A stretch of 60,980 nucleotides of DNA, filler included, from Asterionella formosa (Eukaryota): assembly GCA_002256025.1 (NCBI GenBank). It is 9 parts of 9 records of this genome, joined end to end, with 100 filler letters (N's around TTAATTAATTAA, not from the genome) between each part and the next. Parts side by side here need not be neighbours in the genome. Positions count along the whole stretch, not along the records: positions 6,800 to 13,496 come from NKIB01012634.1; positions 13,597 to 20,291 come from NKIB01012635.1; positions 20,392 to 27,083 come from NKIB01012636.1; 6 more parts are not named here. One strand, given 5' to 3'. Position numbers and translations under genes: made by a program. Numbering within the stretch: the stretch's first letter is position 1; every line of letters starts with the position of its first letter. A model generated the notes under the pieces. It had not been told where the DNA came from, ran no database searches, and worked only from the letters and a program-made list of their open reading frames with translations. Below are positions 11,098 to 24,402 of this stretch, one piece after another.

Positions 11098-12254
11098 CAA
11101 TCGAAGCATGAGTTACTCGAAACCACAGTGGGTTGTGCTGGAAGCCAAGGTGAATGGTGGTGCAGATTCAGAGCATCATTTTTGATCAATTAATTAGTTT
11201 GGCATCTGGGCTCAAATTTTTGGTTTTCCTCCGTTAAAGCATTGTTTATACAATGGTTTATTTATTCTTCCGAAAAATTGACATAACATCGGTTTCTCAG
11301 ATACATTGCACTATCTAGTAGCCAGATGTTGTGTGCATTATTGTTGCGGAGGATTTCTGCTGGCCAGTGAGCAAAGTGTGATTTTCTATTTATTGTTTTA
11401 TCTTTGGTCAGTAGTTGGAGTTCTATTGAGGAATTATGGTTACAAATCTCACCAATGTGGAATCAGTAAAAGTGTATTAATAACTAGAGATTAAGATACT
11501 CAGCACCATGGTTGTCCCCAGAAAGTTCATGTATTTCTGGGAAAATGTATGAGGTAGTAGATCATCAGGCATGGTATAGATACATTATTGAACAAAGGGG
11601 TCTTGGGTTTATGCTGGCTTGCTCAATCAGAACCTGCGCAAAGGATGATACCCTTGTTGCCTCCATTCAAAAATGTTGCGGTCAAGATGTGAGATACCAC
11701 AACAGTTGATTCATATTGATGGGAGTTGGAACCAGCTGCTTCATTGATGAATAGCTATTTTCATCAACAAAGTAGCTATTCACGCATTGGTAAGGGCTTC
11801 TTCCAAAGACTCGCCACTGCTATTTGATTCTTGATTACCTTAGGCAGCTGCCTTCGTGACAGGCATTTAATTGCCTATTTTTTATTGATATTTGCAATTT
11901 TTTAAAGGCGGTTTCTGAGTCAAAGGTGTCGCAACTTCCATCCTACCACGATTTCGATGATAAAGAACATGAGGCAAATTGTTTCTAGAGATCACATTTT
12001 TTCTGTTAATGGTTTTTCACGGTACAATCATTTATAATCACCATTCTTTATAATTACAATTTAATAATAAAATATAATAATTTCAATATTTTGTCAAAAG
12101 CACACCAATAGAAACGAAAGAAACTAAGCTAGTACTTTCACAGCTATACTAGTGCTGGCACTGGTAAGCAACCCTTCTCACCATGGAGAAAAATGCATAT
12201 TCGGCTGCAGCAGACAATCAAATACGACCGTTTCAGCACCGCAATCTCTAACAA

Positions 12255-13105
12255 GCATACAATCGACTACAAGTAGATGAAAGAACCACAAGAATTGACA
12301 AGAAAATCAAGGAGGTTGACCAACCACAATGAAATCCATCACAAACAGCATCATTAACTTGAGGAATTCTTTTGAATATATCCACGCATCCAAGTCAGAT
12401 CCAAACAGACCACTTTAGTAACAATTCATCTAAAAATTACACAAGCAGCTGAGACAATCACAAGAATTGATGAGAAACTCAACAAGGATAGCGATCACAA
12501 TGTCCAAAATCTATCAAACAACATAATTATATTGAGCAATGCTTTTGAAGATGTCCACGCATCCAAATCAGACACAAACAGACAACTTCGTTACCAACAT
12601 GACTAAAAAATATTGCTTACAAGCAGATAAAAGATCAACAAGAATTGACAGGAAACGCAAGGATATTGACCACAACGACCGAATTCTATCAAACAGCAAC
12701 ATTAAATTGAGGAATGCTTTAGACGATGTCCATGCATCCAAATCACACCCACCAAACAAACCACTTTCGTACCTCAACTTCTAAAAGGCATACAATCGAC
12801 TACTACAAGTAGATGAAAGAACCACAGGAATTGACAAGAAGATCACAATGACCGAAATCCATCACAAATATCATCGTCATTAAGTTGAGGAATGCTTTTG
12901 AAGATATCCACGCATCCAAATCAGATCCAAACAACACTTCTGTAACAATTTATCGACAATTTATACAATCGGCTACAAGCAGATGAAACCACAAGAATTG
13001 ACAAGGAACTCAAGGAGCTTGACCACAATGATCGAAATCCATCGAACAGTATCATTGAATTGAGGAATGCTTTTGACAATGTCAATGCATCCAAACCAGA
13101 TCCAC
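12255..13105 (+). repeat. Five diverged ~176-bp tandem repeats, probably a decayed coding repeat
   Basis: Anchor CA(A/G)GAATTGA at 12289, 12461, 12639, 12825, 12992. Unit translates like LQADKRSTRIDRKRKDIDHNDRILSNSNIKLRNALDDVHASKS, with frameshifts between copies. Confidence 0.85.
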
Positions 13106-13108
13106 ATC

Positions 13109-13183
13109 AGGGAGACGCCTTAGTGTTTAGCACGCCTTCTGAGTTGGCCCCCTTTCTTTTTCATGTAGTCTCTGGGGTTCCAG
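13109..13183 (+). mobile_element. Truncated SINE-like head
   Basis: AGGGAGACGCCTTAGTGTTTAGCACGCC..CTTTTTCATGTAGTCTCTGGGGTTCC resembles the head at 10043(-) and head plus body at 52692. Begins exactly where the 176-bp array stops. Confidence 0.5.
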
Positions 13184-13496
13184 GATCTATATATAGAATT
13201 ACGACAATCACTGTATTTACCTATATTACAAATAGACGTAATGTATTACCTATACATAGTTCCTGCATACATATAGCGACAACATATTTTCATGTTCTCA
13301 GTCATGTCAATAACAAATGAGCCTACCGGTATATCATGGAAACAGAACTGGAGCATAAGGAAAGGACCGACTGCGTGGCCCCAAGTATCCATGAGTTGAT
13401 CTCAGGCCATGCGGAAGTTACGGAAGGAGATGAGATGAAGCAATTGAATGAGCATTATCCAATCGATCATTCGCACTTTGACAGACCTGTGCCACA

Positions 13497-13596
13497 NNNN
13501 NNNNNNNNNNNNNNNNNNNNNNNNNNNNNNNNNNNNNNNNTTAATTAATTAANNNNNNNNNNNNNNNNNNNNNNNNNNNNNNNNNNNNNNNNNNNN
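13497..13596. other. Artificial contig linker
   Basis: Same 100-nt linker. Confidence 0.99.
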
Positions 13597-15451
13597 GGAA
13601 ATCCCGCATGGGTTCGAGCTACCGGAGGGGGGTCGAAATGGTCATTGTCTCAAGATTCTGAAGAACATTTATGGTCAGAGACAGGCAGGTCGTACTTGGT
13701 CCTTGCATTTGACTAAGGGGCTATTGGGTATTGGTTTCATACAGAGTCAGGCTGACGAGTGTATCTACTATAGAGGAAGGACTATATTTATGGTCTATGT
13801 AGATGATGGAATTTTTATAAGCCCAGAATCAAAGTTGATTGATGAATGCATCGAGCTCATGCGGTCGATTTTTAACTTGACCGACGAAGGAGATATCTCG
13901 GATTATCTGGGTATTAAGGTGACTTCCTCTCCTGTTGACTCCACCATATCGTTGACACAGCCACACCTGATTGCCTCCATTGCCGACGACATTGGTTTTA
14001 CCAACAAGACCAAGTCCAAGGGCGTTCCAGCATCGTCCACTGTGATATTGCAGAGGGATCTTGATGGAGATGATTTTTCGGAACATTGGTCCTATCGCTC
14101 GGTCATTGGAAAACTGAACTTCCTTGAGAAATCGACTCGCCCGGATATTGCGTATGCGGTACATCAGTGCGCCCGCTGCTCTGCCAATCCTAAAGCCTCC
14201 CACGCTGTGGCAGTCCGAAATATTGTGCGTTACCTCATTGGCACATCCCACCAAGGTATTCTCCTGCATCCCGATGATCACTCTTTTGTGGTGTGGGCAG
14301 ACGCGGATTTCTGTGGAAATTGGAACAAAGAGACAAGCGTTAGTGACACAATGACGGCAAAATCCCGCTCGGGGTATGCAATTACGTACGCTTCCTGCCC
14401 AGTGCTGTGGGCCTCCAAATTGCAGACAGAGGTGGCTCCATCCACCACTGAGGCAGAGTATGTGTGTCTGAGTCAGTCATTGCGAGATACCATTCCGTTA
14501 ATGCGATTGCTAGAAGAAGTAAAGCGAAAACTTGATCACGATGTGATTGCGGTGCCTGCCGTTCGTTGCACACTATTTGAGGATAATTCCGGTGCGTTGG
14601 AATTAGCTCGCAATCCCAAGATGCGTCCCGCACCAAGCACATCAACATTAAGTACCATCATTTCCGTGAGTACGTTCGAAGGAAGCTCATATTTATAGAG
14701 CATGTCAATACACAGCATCAAGTGGCTGACATGTTCACCAAGCCGCTCCCGTCGGCGGCTTTCCTGCGTCATCGCAAAGCTTTGCAAGGCTGGTAGTACC
14801 GGTATTCTTGATTTGGCGCAAGTTGCCTGCTCGAATAAGGGAGTGTGAGAATTATGCATTTCTCATGTGCCCTTGCTCCCTGGTGCCAGGGGTGCAGTGC
14901 CATTGGGTATTCAAATGTTTGACGTACGTGTGATGGTGAGGCTGTGGTATTAAAGTATCTGATGGGTTTCCGGGTCCCCCCTTCATTTTTGTATTGACGA
15001 TTCGATTTGTAACTTGCTGCCGGATTGGGTCCGAGCGGATGTGGTTGGGTCTCTTTTGGCAGTTGGTTGATGGCGAGTCATGCTGCGGTGTAGCGATTCT
15101 TCTATTGGCATAATAAGGGTTTTTGGGCGATGTGTTCATTCCACAGTCAGATATATCTGAATGATGAGGGTCTTCTCGTCTTGCTGCTGTTTGGTGCATG
15201 TTAGACAGGCTAGCGCGCTTTTGCAGACAATGCCCAATGATTATGAGACATATAATTGAAACTAGACTAATCTGTTATTGATTTGCGTCTTACTTTGATT
15301 ATTGTCAAACTGCATTTATTCGTTTGAATATTTGCTGGTTTCCCTCATTGGGTCGAGCCAAGATGGATCTGATGTTACTTTCCTGTCTCAATAGCCGGAA
15401 TCGCTCATCCGTCACTGCAAAAAGTTGTCTCGTGCTTCAGTGTCAGTGTCA
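13597..15451 (+). mobile_element. Ty1/Copia LTR retrotransposon, 3' part: RT-RNase H with one frameshift, PPT and probable 3' LTR
   Basis: Frame from 13598: KNIYGQRQAG, YVDD, YRSVIGKL, WADADF, STTEAEY, FEDN. Frameshift ~14630 into TKHINIKYHHFRE..ADMFTKPL..GW* (stop 14796). PPT AATAAGGGAG then TGTGAG at 14844. LTR end (~15451, TGTCA) is tentative. Confidence 0.9.
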
Positions 15452-15949
15452 ATAGCTACCGGGTAGTGCATCATCCTGTATCATTCGAAGAAACAGGACT
15501 TTATCTTTATGGAACACAAAAAGATGGAAAGCAACAGCGAGTCGGTTTTCCGTACATTTGGCTATCTTAATTACTCGACGTTTGATTCTTTCTGTGTACA
15601 TAGTAGGTTGCCTTGTGCCAACATTCGGCTGTACATGTATATTATTATTCATAGTAAATATATTTATTTATAAATGAATACACCGGGGTATTTTTTTCCA
15701 AGTCTGGACTAGAGTCCAAAGTCTGATGCCACCAAGTCAGACTTGATGACAAATAACCACAGTTATGCATTATTTTAGTGAGGCAGTATTTATAACCTGG
15801 CTATTATATACCAAGTCAGAAACACTGGACACTTTTATACAGGGATGGGAAGCAAGATGCTAAAAAAATGATAAACAACTTCAATTTCATTCAAGATGAG
15901 ATTGACAATGGTTTGACTATCATCTGTAGGGAAAACAGTAACAGAGGAA

Positions 15950-16700
15950 TTGGAAAGATTTGTCAAATGGTTGAAAGAAAATGATCCAAGTTTGACTGAA
16001 CTTCTTAGTCTCAGTTATAATTCAATTGGTGATGATGGCGCCAAGGAAATTGCATTGCTGGCCCTCTTGGTCAATGCTGTCTTGACTAAACCTTTTTATC
16101 TTGGAGGTAAATCTATTGTTGTTGATCATGCCAAGGCCATTGCAGAGGCCCTCCTCACGGTCAATACCATCTTGACTGCACTTGATCTCAGTATGCTACT
16201 ATATCTCAATGGTAATTCAATTGGTAATGAGGGTACCAAGGCCATCATAGCTGAGGCACTCAAGGACCATAAAGTCTGGATTTCACTTTTTGTCAAGTGA
16301 AATCCAATTCATGATGATAATTTATTAACAAAATTTGAGGGACTTGTTAGTAATCTAAACAAGAATGCTGACTTGACTATGGAAGAAATTACAACAATTA
16401 TTCCTTCTATGATGATGATTTCTTTAGTCAATGCTGCGGGGCGAGAAGAAGAAGATCTCATTAAGCTTCAGAACTTTGTTGTGAATAATGACAATAACAA
16501 GTTGATGATTGCTAAAGAAGGAGAATTCACTACAGTTTTGTCTGCTATGGAAGAACATCCAAAGAATGCTACTGTGCAAGAATCTGGTTGTTCAATACTT
16601 GGGAACTTGCTTGGCTGTGAATTACAACAACAGAGCAACAATTGCTGCAAATAAAGGTATCGCTATGAAGAATCTGATATCAAATGAGAATGATGCTGTG
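15950..16700 (+). pseudogene. Degenerate RI-like LRR repeats followed by an armadillo-repeat fragment
   Basis: LKENDPSLTEL.SLSYNSIGDDGAKEIA and LYLNGNSIGNEGTKAI..EALK, then VLSAMEEHPKNATVQESGCSILGNL. Stops, indels and frameshifts. Confidence 0.75.
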
Positions 16701-16945
16701 CAGTACTCTATGGTTTCACAGCACTTCAGATGGTTGCACAACACGTCAGAAATTGGTGTGAATACTGACCAAAACAAGTTGAGATGGTATCACTACAAGC
16801 TAACCCTAACCCAAGCTACAGGCGAAAAGTACAATACTGGTAGTCTCAGTACTTTTTGGCAACTTGAGTAATCACCCCCCCCCCCCCATGTCATTGGATA
16901 ATTGTCATTGTAGCTCCTTCCTTTACCTAACCCTAATTATTTTGG

Positions 16946-17570
16946 CTATTTAAATGATGTAAGCTCTTGGTGATCGAAAACAGACAGAGCTGGCTCAGGA
17001 ATGACATCAAAGAACCCAAGAAGGAGCTCTGTCAATTGAGGACGAACTCGATCCAACATGCAATACTTGAGGTTAGCTTCCAAGTAGTTATAAATGTTTT
17101 CATTTGTTACTTCTTTCATAGAACCACCAGGAATAAGTTCTACCTCCTTGCGGATACCAAGAGTCTCTTCAGTAGCAGTGAAATCAAGACATGTCATTGA
17201 AACATCCTCCATATTAGAGAGCTTCTTAAGAGACTTGTAATACTCATCATCCTCATGCTCTAAATCTTGAAAGGTAATTGGCAAGCCCATCAGATGTTTG
17301 TAGAGATGACTGACCAGATCTCCTTTCATAAGTTGCCGATCAAAGAGTGCTCGGCCCATGACATGGCCAAGGAATCGATAATAGACAAGGTAATCATCAT
17401 GGCAGGATATATCTGTATCATGGGAAGGAGGATTTATTTATGATGTGAATAATAGCAAAAAATTGATCCAAAACAACATAGCTACAACCATGACTCACTG
17501 CTTGGTGGATTAATGGTCATGCACACTTGATTGTGTGCCGAGGACAACCATTACCAAAAAGTGCAGTCCC
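16946..17570 (-). pseudogene. HECT (Nedd4/Rsp5-like) E3 ubiquitin ligase fragment
   Basis: YYRFLGHVMGRALFD..HLYKHLMG.PITFQDLE..D.EYYKSL..ELIPGG...VTNEN..GFFDVIP..LSVFDHQEL. GT-AG intron 17413-17498. Ends before the catalytic Cys; upstream stop. Confidence 0.82.
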
Positions 17571-17579
17571 TCCCTTTTC

Positions 17580-18078
17580 TTTGGCTGCTCGGTTGACTTC
17601 CATTACTTCTGGAGCCATGGTTGAAGCTACCTCTCCAGCCAGATAATCTTTTGAAGCTGTGAGTGAGGCTCCTGGTCGTAACGTTTCCGAGGGTCTCCAT
17701 CGATGACGTCGTCTCGTTGAGCCCAGGAAGATGTATCTGATTGTAAGTGACTGGTTCTGCTGCTACGACACTGAGGCGACCGTGAGATATCAGGAGTAGT
17801 TGCTTATTGGCGCTGGTGTTGATTAGAATTCGAGTACGCAAATTGAGAAACGGAATCCAGAATCAGCTTGGATGTAATGCTTGATGTCGAAATCGAGCAT
17901 CACATCATCAGCATATCACTCACACCGGGAGCGGTTTACTGTGCCACTATCGCCAACCCTGTAATTCGTCCGACGGATGGTTGCTCAATCGTTGCTGAAT
18001 AGCTATGTATGATACTTCAATTTAATTGGTGTACCTGTTGGCTTCGCTCTTTCCCGGACTGTCATTTCATTCTGTGAC
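17580..18078 (-). mobile_element. Possible 5' LTR/leader of an LTR retroelement abutting the HECT fragment
   Basis: CpG-richer non-coding block replacing the HECT 5' part, ending ..CACAGCTTCAAAAGATTATC and followed by ATG (MAPEVMEVNRAAKEK). No second LTR to confirm. Confidence 0.3.
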
Positions 18079-18079
18079 G

Positions 18080-18500
18080 CGTGACCCTAAGGACAAAACG
18101 GAATCATCCTTTCTGTCGACGGAACAAACACAGTTCCCGATTCATACAGCACTTATTGCATATGAACAAACCAAGGACACAGTCCTAACAAATAAAATGC
18201 AGGCGGACAAATCCTCCTGCTTCACCAAACGTGTGATTGAAGGGAATGCAGTCATTATGCACAGGGAAAAAATGTATGTGCCCCACTCCCTTACACAACG
18301 CACCTTGGCATGGTATGATGAATACCTAAGTCACCCAGGCTCCACCCGTACCGAGCAGACGCTCCGACGTCACTTGTACTGGCCGGGTCTAACTAGAGAC
18401 ACGTTACGACATTGTAAATATTGTCGTACGTGCCAGTTGCAAAAAAAGCAACGAAAAAAAATGGCATATTGCCCCCCAAGGTGGCTGAGTACCAACCCTG
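18080..18500 (+). pseudogene. Ty3/Gypsy integrase zinc-binding (HHCC) fragment
   Basis: YVPHSL....AWYDEYLSHPGSTRTEQTLRRHLYWPGL..CRTCQLQKK then (frameshift) GILPPKVAEYQP. Cut at the Copia LTR at 18501. Confidence 0.85.
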
Positions 18501-20291
18501 TGTTGAGGGGAACCTTATCGTGGAAAAAGGTGAACTACAATATTATGACTATTCTATTGCTGTTCCAAGTACATCGTTGTTAGCACTCACGCATGTACCT
18601 AATCTGGTGGCTGCATCGGTATGGTTCATACGGCGCATGTATGGAGCATCATATGCAGATATTAACACACCCTCACCAACAGATGCAGGCAGAAGAACAG
18701 GAGCGGGGGTGGAGATGATATCAGCATCGGAAGCCAAGCAGGCATAATAGTTAGGAGGACTAGGGAGGGATGGAGGGCAATGGAGATAGTGCGGGCGCAT
18801 CAACATATGATGGGAAGCGGGATGATGTTTAGTGAAATAATCAGCACGATTCAAACTACCTTTTTTCCAGTATACAAGAAATTGGCCTTGGCGAACCCGA
18901 TCGTGTACCCAGTAATAACGCATATCCATAGCTTTGGAACGTTTTTGTCGGACAGTATCATTGGCAATGCCACTGGCAGTGCTATTATCGGTGACAATAC
19001 GGGTAGAAGGTTGGGGATGACCAAGCTCAACAAGAATGGTGCGAATAGCATATGCCTCTTTGCCATTGTGGAATAAAGCAGCTAATTCAGCCTCAGCAGC
19101 ACTTGATACAACCTCCTTAAGAATTTGACAGTGGACGTAAATAGCACCGTTAAGAGGAGGGATGGATGTAGTGAGGCTAGGTGGAGACACGGGTTTACAG
19201 CTGAGAAAGTGAATGCCGGCAGCGCGGGAGCGACCACGTGTTTCAGAGAGATAGGAAGCATCGCTTTCAACATGGAGGACCATGTCACTGGCAGTAAAGC
19301 GAAGTGTGGCCTCAGGATGCGTGGCACAATAATTGAGAAGGTGAGTAATAGCAGTCAAGGTAGCCACAGTGGGGGTTGCTTGTTGTGTAGCCAATGTACC
19401 AAGGGCCGGCAACATAGTACAATCAATAGCACGGGCATAATACAATAAAGTACCAAGAATCTCTTGCACACGTGTTTTATCATGGAGGTCAAGGACAGGG
19501 GTGACATCAGAAACAACAAATTGCTGGCGAGCGCCATAACTAGGTGCAGTCCAGGCATGGGGGGCATGTTGTGGGTGTGTTGGAGTGGAGTGCGTGAATC
19601 GTTGTAGAGCACGAACAATGTAACCAGGCAAAGTGAGGTCAACTGTGCAATGTTCATAGTCCCACGTCAGTGTAAGGCCAATGTATCGAGAGCCAGTCCA
19701 ATCAGTTGTGAGTCGGTATTTGGTACGTAAAGTGGTGAGGAGACGGTCCACGTCACTACGTTTGGTGTAACGTACACCAAAATCATCAACAACAAGCGTA
19801 AACATGAGATCACTGGTGGTATCCATCCATAGGCCAGGGGTGACTGGGCAGGGGAGGTAATGATGTGGTAGCAAGAACTGAGCAAGTTGATCATTGGCAA
19901 GTTTACCAGCTTGAGGCAGCCCATACATGCCACGACGGATTTCGGCATAGATGTGCCCATCAATGATTTTTGGAGCTAGGTTGTAGAGGGTTTGAATGTG
20001 TGGGGGAATCATCCATATAGGGATGCGCACGTATTCATACTCGGCAGGTGCAAGATGACTTTCCAGATAAAAATCAGATAAATCCAGAGTCATGAAGCGG
20101 CCACCGGGGGTACTGATGGTGCTGTTGAACAAACATTTTGCAGTAGTGAGATCAGCAGTCTTGGTGCTGACATTGCCAGTGTAAATGACACGATCACCCC
20201 CAGCAGTCCAACGAACGCGTTGGGGAATGGTTTTTTCAGGGCGATCGGCACACACAATGCGGATGTAAGTGGCGCGTTTGTGTGAGGGCAT
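18501..20291 (-). mobile_element. Diatom-type Copia (CoDi-like) retrotransposon, 3' part with intact RT-RNase H ORF (18549-20291) and 167-bp 3' LTR (18501-18667)
   Basis: RVRWTAGGD, DLSDFYL, GMYGLPQAG, LVVDDFG, ESDASY, SSAAEAE, VTDN, ADYFTKHH. PPT GGTGAGGGTG precedes LTR TGTTAAT...CTCAACA. Confidence 0.95.
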
Positions 20292-20391
20292 NNNNNNNNN
20301 NNNNNNNNNNNNNNNNNNNNNNNNNNNNNNNNNNNTTAATTAATTAANNNNNNNNNNNNNNNNNNNNNNNNNNNNNNNNNNNNNNNNNNNN
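20292..20391. other. Artificial contig linker
   Basis: Same 100-nt linker. Confidence 0.99.
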
Positions 20392-20769
20392 TCGGCAGAG
20401 GAAAACCCAATCCCTGTGGTGCTCAGGACTGGAATAGTATTGGTTTCATCCTGTACCACTATTTCGCTTGTATTTTCTTCATCTTCTTTTTGATCAATGT
20501 CATATATATTGGTATGATAGCCAAAATGTAGTGTTTGAACATGACTCGCACATTTTGGCCCTTTTCTTTAATGACGACGAAAAGTCATCAGCAGCTGATG
20601 GTGGAGATTGATGAAATCCATCATATTCTTCCTGACCGTCGTCTAGACCAGTTGCTGGTTTACGAAACAACTCAGCAGCTGTTTCGCATTCGGGGCTATG
20701 TGCGTAATGACGGTGAAGGGAAACAAATGGACCCTTACCACATATCAAACAGCAATCGTTGTCTTTCAT
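20392..20769 (-). pseudogene. 5' fragment of a protein with an N-terminal CxxC..H..C zinc-finger-like motif, possibly a DNA-transposon ORF
   Basis: MKDNDCCLICGKGPFVSLHRHYAHSPEC plus acidic linker. Stop at 20500, with an acidic frame continuing to the contig end. Confidence 0.35.
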
Positions 20770-22267
20770 GGTGATAAAACCCGATTAAATAGCGATTATG
20801 TACCGATATTTGTTTTATAGAAAGAGACAACGGCCAATATAGATATTTGATTTATCATTTGTAAAACCACAAAATAAATTATCTCATTCAATTCGATTTA
20901 ACACAGCTATACATCCAATGCTACTTTCACTAAGGCCAGCCACTTGCTAGAGATATGACTGTTTACTGTTTGAAGTATCTCGGAAATACCTCTCATTTTC
21001 GACTGACTACAACAATATTCGATGAACACTAATATAGTACCGGTATGCGACTCCATTTTCTATAGAACTACAGGTGCCAGTATATATAAAACATATCTAC
21101 CAACGTTTCTTTCGATTTGATTTGTTAACAGAATTTCATTTGATAAAATAATCATTGTAGACAAATTGTAGCCTTTCCGAAAAGAAATAGCTTTGGTTGC
21201 AGCTCTTATTTTCTACTCAGGCCGACTACAATGACATGATCATCAGATGAACGCGAATACATGCAACAGCAATTTCTGTGTAACAAAATTCGCATATTCG
21301 ATAGATTTGCTACAGCTAGATATTTTCCCTGTTGGAGTCTTCATTGTAGCGGTAGTTTTGCTTATAGACGCTCCGAAAAGGTGGGAAAAATAGTTAAATT
21401 AATTCAGACATCCTATGTAGTGCAATCTAGCGTTATTACTGGTACTAACCTTTTGCAAATCACAACGTTGAAAATCGAGACGATTCACCATGTTCGTCAG
21501 ATTTTCGTGAGGTCTACATTGCTTGCCAAAAAGAATACTGACAAAGCATAGACTGCGCGCCAGCTTTTTGTTATATAGAATGTACACATGGCTAGTACAA
21601 AGCAAAGGTATAGGAGGAGGACCGTCCTCGCCAGGTTTCTTTTAATGGAAAACAGCTACTGGCTAGAACGTGGTGAAGGAACAAATTAAAACTTACGTGG
21701 TAAAATGCATTATGCATTGTGGTTATTGTTATCATTGTCGTTGTCATTGTCGCTATCGCTGTTGTTTCTGCAGTTATCCTTTTGGATCTTATTGTTGGAA
21801 ACAAGGAGCTGGCTGGTGGTGCATTGTGGTTACTGTGCCTGTATGTCTAACCTTCTCTTGCTTGTTCTTTGCCCTCCGTTTGAACTGAATATGAATTATT
21901 TGTTAAGAAATGGAAAAAGGTCTTATGTGAGTGTAAACAGCTATGATCTTACTCTGTGAGTCATATTCTTCGCTTCCAGAAAAGCAACAAGGACTCAGTT
22001 GCGGGCCGGTTCTGGAAGAAACAGACAGGCAATCGTTTTGTTATTCCTCGTCAGTAGTACAGAAAGGATGCATCTGAAAGTTCGAGAAATATTTTGGAAA
22101 ATGGAGACAGGTTGTGTGTTACATTGTTGTTGTTGTTCCTCTTGTTGCTCTGCACCATCGTGATCTTCGACTGTGTTTGGAACTATGTTTGATTGTTGTT
22201 GTAGTTCCTCTACCTCCATTTCGTTTTCCTCTTGCTTGTTCCGTTTGTATTTGGAACAGTGGTCAGT

Positions 22268-22942
22268 CATGAACTTACTCTGTGAACCTTGTTCTTTTCC
22301 TACAGATAATCAAACTGTTTTTGGCAGGGCAGGGTTGAACCTTGGGAAGAATGAAATGTGTCGTGCTCTGTGTCAGGCTGGCTATCAATCATTTGTTTTT
22401 CCCATTGTCGAAATGATTCCTCTGGTGCAAAGGGGACAATAATATACATGGTAAGCAAGTGCAATGTTTTCTTGCCTTTTGTTGCTTGATACTGTTTGCT
22501 GTTGCTTGTTGTGGGCGGATCTCCTCTCCTATTCTCCTTCGTCTTTGTTCGGAATTGTTAGCGCATGAATTGCTATTTGTAATGAATTATAAAAAGGGCT
22601 TGATTGTGTGCTTGTTACTTGCTTGTTGATCACGAACTTACTCTGCAAACGCTGTTCTTTGTCTGCCGATAATCAATCTGTTGAGCAAGAGATTTGTTGG
22701 GAATCAGGCTGTGGCATGGTAGCTAAGCACAACGAAAATGATGCCTTTGTAACGATTCTTTGTTCATGAACTCACTCTGCGATTGTTGTTCACTGATCGC
22801 AGACAATCATATGATCAGGGCTGGGTTGGCTATTGGGGAACATGGTAAGGAGCACAGCAGAACCGAAATCATGGCTTCATAACTTTTTTCTCATCAACTC
22901 ACTCTGCAGATGTTTCCCTCTTTCTACAAAAGACAATCAATC
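22268..22942 (-). repeat. Four dispersed ~50-bp repeats each containing a splice-donor-like CAGA|GT(A/G)AGT
   Basis: Plus-strand AACT(T/C)ACTCTG..GA(T/C)AATCA at ~22268, 22631, 22765, 22892. Confidence 0.6.
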
Positions 22943-24402
22943 CGAGCAATGAGAATGAGCAGCTGGCTCATTTGCTATGAATTGATCTACCAGTAGTAGT
23001 AACAGGGATTCCTGCAAGTACTATGAGTAGCCAAGTAATCTTGCGATTAGTTACAGCATCCAGCTGCAAGAATGAACATCCATTGCTTGTCGTATTGGTT
23101 AGAGAATCACGTTCTATAGAAAGTATCAATAAAAACTATATAGCGAAGCGATTAATTTGATTGATTTTGCGATTGTAGAATAAAAATGAAAAAATGAATT
23201 GGTTACACATAATTATTTGTTTGACTAGCATATATATTTGGTCAACCTTGAGGTATCAATGTGATCAAAGTAAAGATAAAATGGGAGCAAACTAACAGAA
23301 TTAATGGTAGTCAGAGTGAAGAATATTTGTGAACGGAAATGTTGAGAATTGTAGAGAAAAGTACCGTATTATAGAGATTATTACTGAACAAATTTTTCTT
23401 CGTGTTGCCAGAGAATATTGTCAGTTGGCCCAAAAAACTATGTGGGTTTCTAAAATAATTATGGAAGTTGTCGAAACTATTTTAGTTCACTCCGTCCATA
23501 TATATTGTATGATGCATCATATTTTTTATGTGATGTCATACCCTTAAATTATGTACGGGAGTACCAGGTATCGGTTTGATGCTGAATGGAGCATCATGAA
23601 TTGATTTTTAACTTTTCGCTTTGAACTAAACAGGATATGTGTTTGCCAACAAATCTAAAATTACTTCCAGGTATCATAGTTTGTAACTACCGCAAAAACA
23701 GTCGAAAAACGGGGCTACGAAGCTTTTGAAAAAATCTACGATACATTACGGCCACTTCTCTCCAGAAGCTTTCTTCTGACGTTATACGGTACACGGCTAT
23801 CTATTCTAATCGTCATGAAACCCTGTAGATATAGAGCAATCCTCTTTCAAAAAGTCGACCCGATCGGCTTTTTCAACAGTTGCCAAAATATTCGAATCGG
23901 AATTCTTAGTACGTGCAAAAAGTTCTCATAGACTTAGAGACTTGCGTAGGTATGTTTTGCTGAATAATTCTGTCCGAAAAGACTCCAGGGTAAGTTCCCA
24001 CATCACTACACATATTTCGATTGGTTGAATTGAAATTACTCACCTGCTCCAGATCGGCTGGAGTATCCCGGTCTTGGAAAATTACGCCAGCCATACTTGA
24101 ACCACAAGTATCAGATGTACTGCACCGGTACCTGGTAGGTAAAATAGCTAAGTACTATGAGTAATATGCCTTTTGGGGGTTCAAGTAATAATAAGGTTCC
24201 TGCATTTGAACCCCTAGGCAAAAATTAAATTATTGCTTAGGGTTGCCAAAATTCCCTGGAACTAAGAACTTTTATGTGCTAATTTGAATATCAATGATTC
24301 CGTGTGAAATACTGCATTTACTCATTCAAAACACTCTAATGCATTTGCCATTTGTACCATAGAAGAGTAATTATGAGAATGCTTGGATGAAGTAAATGAA
24401 CA

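Noticed and set aside
10936..11193. ORFs with (VM)n / (IT)n
   Set aside because: Translation of the (GATGGT)n microsatellite.
12255..13105. CRISPR array (also considered for 10171-10331, 22268-22942, 25505-25720)
   Set aside because: Units are diverged along their whole length with no identical-repeat/unique-spacer pattern; no cas genes; eukaryotic context.
16800..16936. Telomeric (TAACCC)n tracts (also ~38049)
   Set aside because: Only about two units each, at internal positions.
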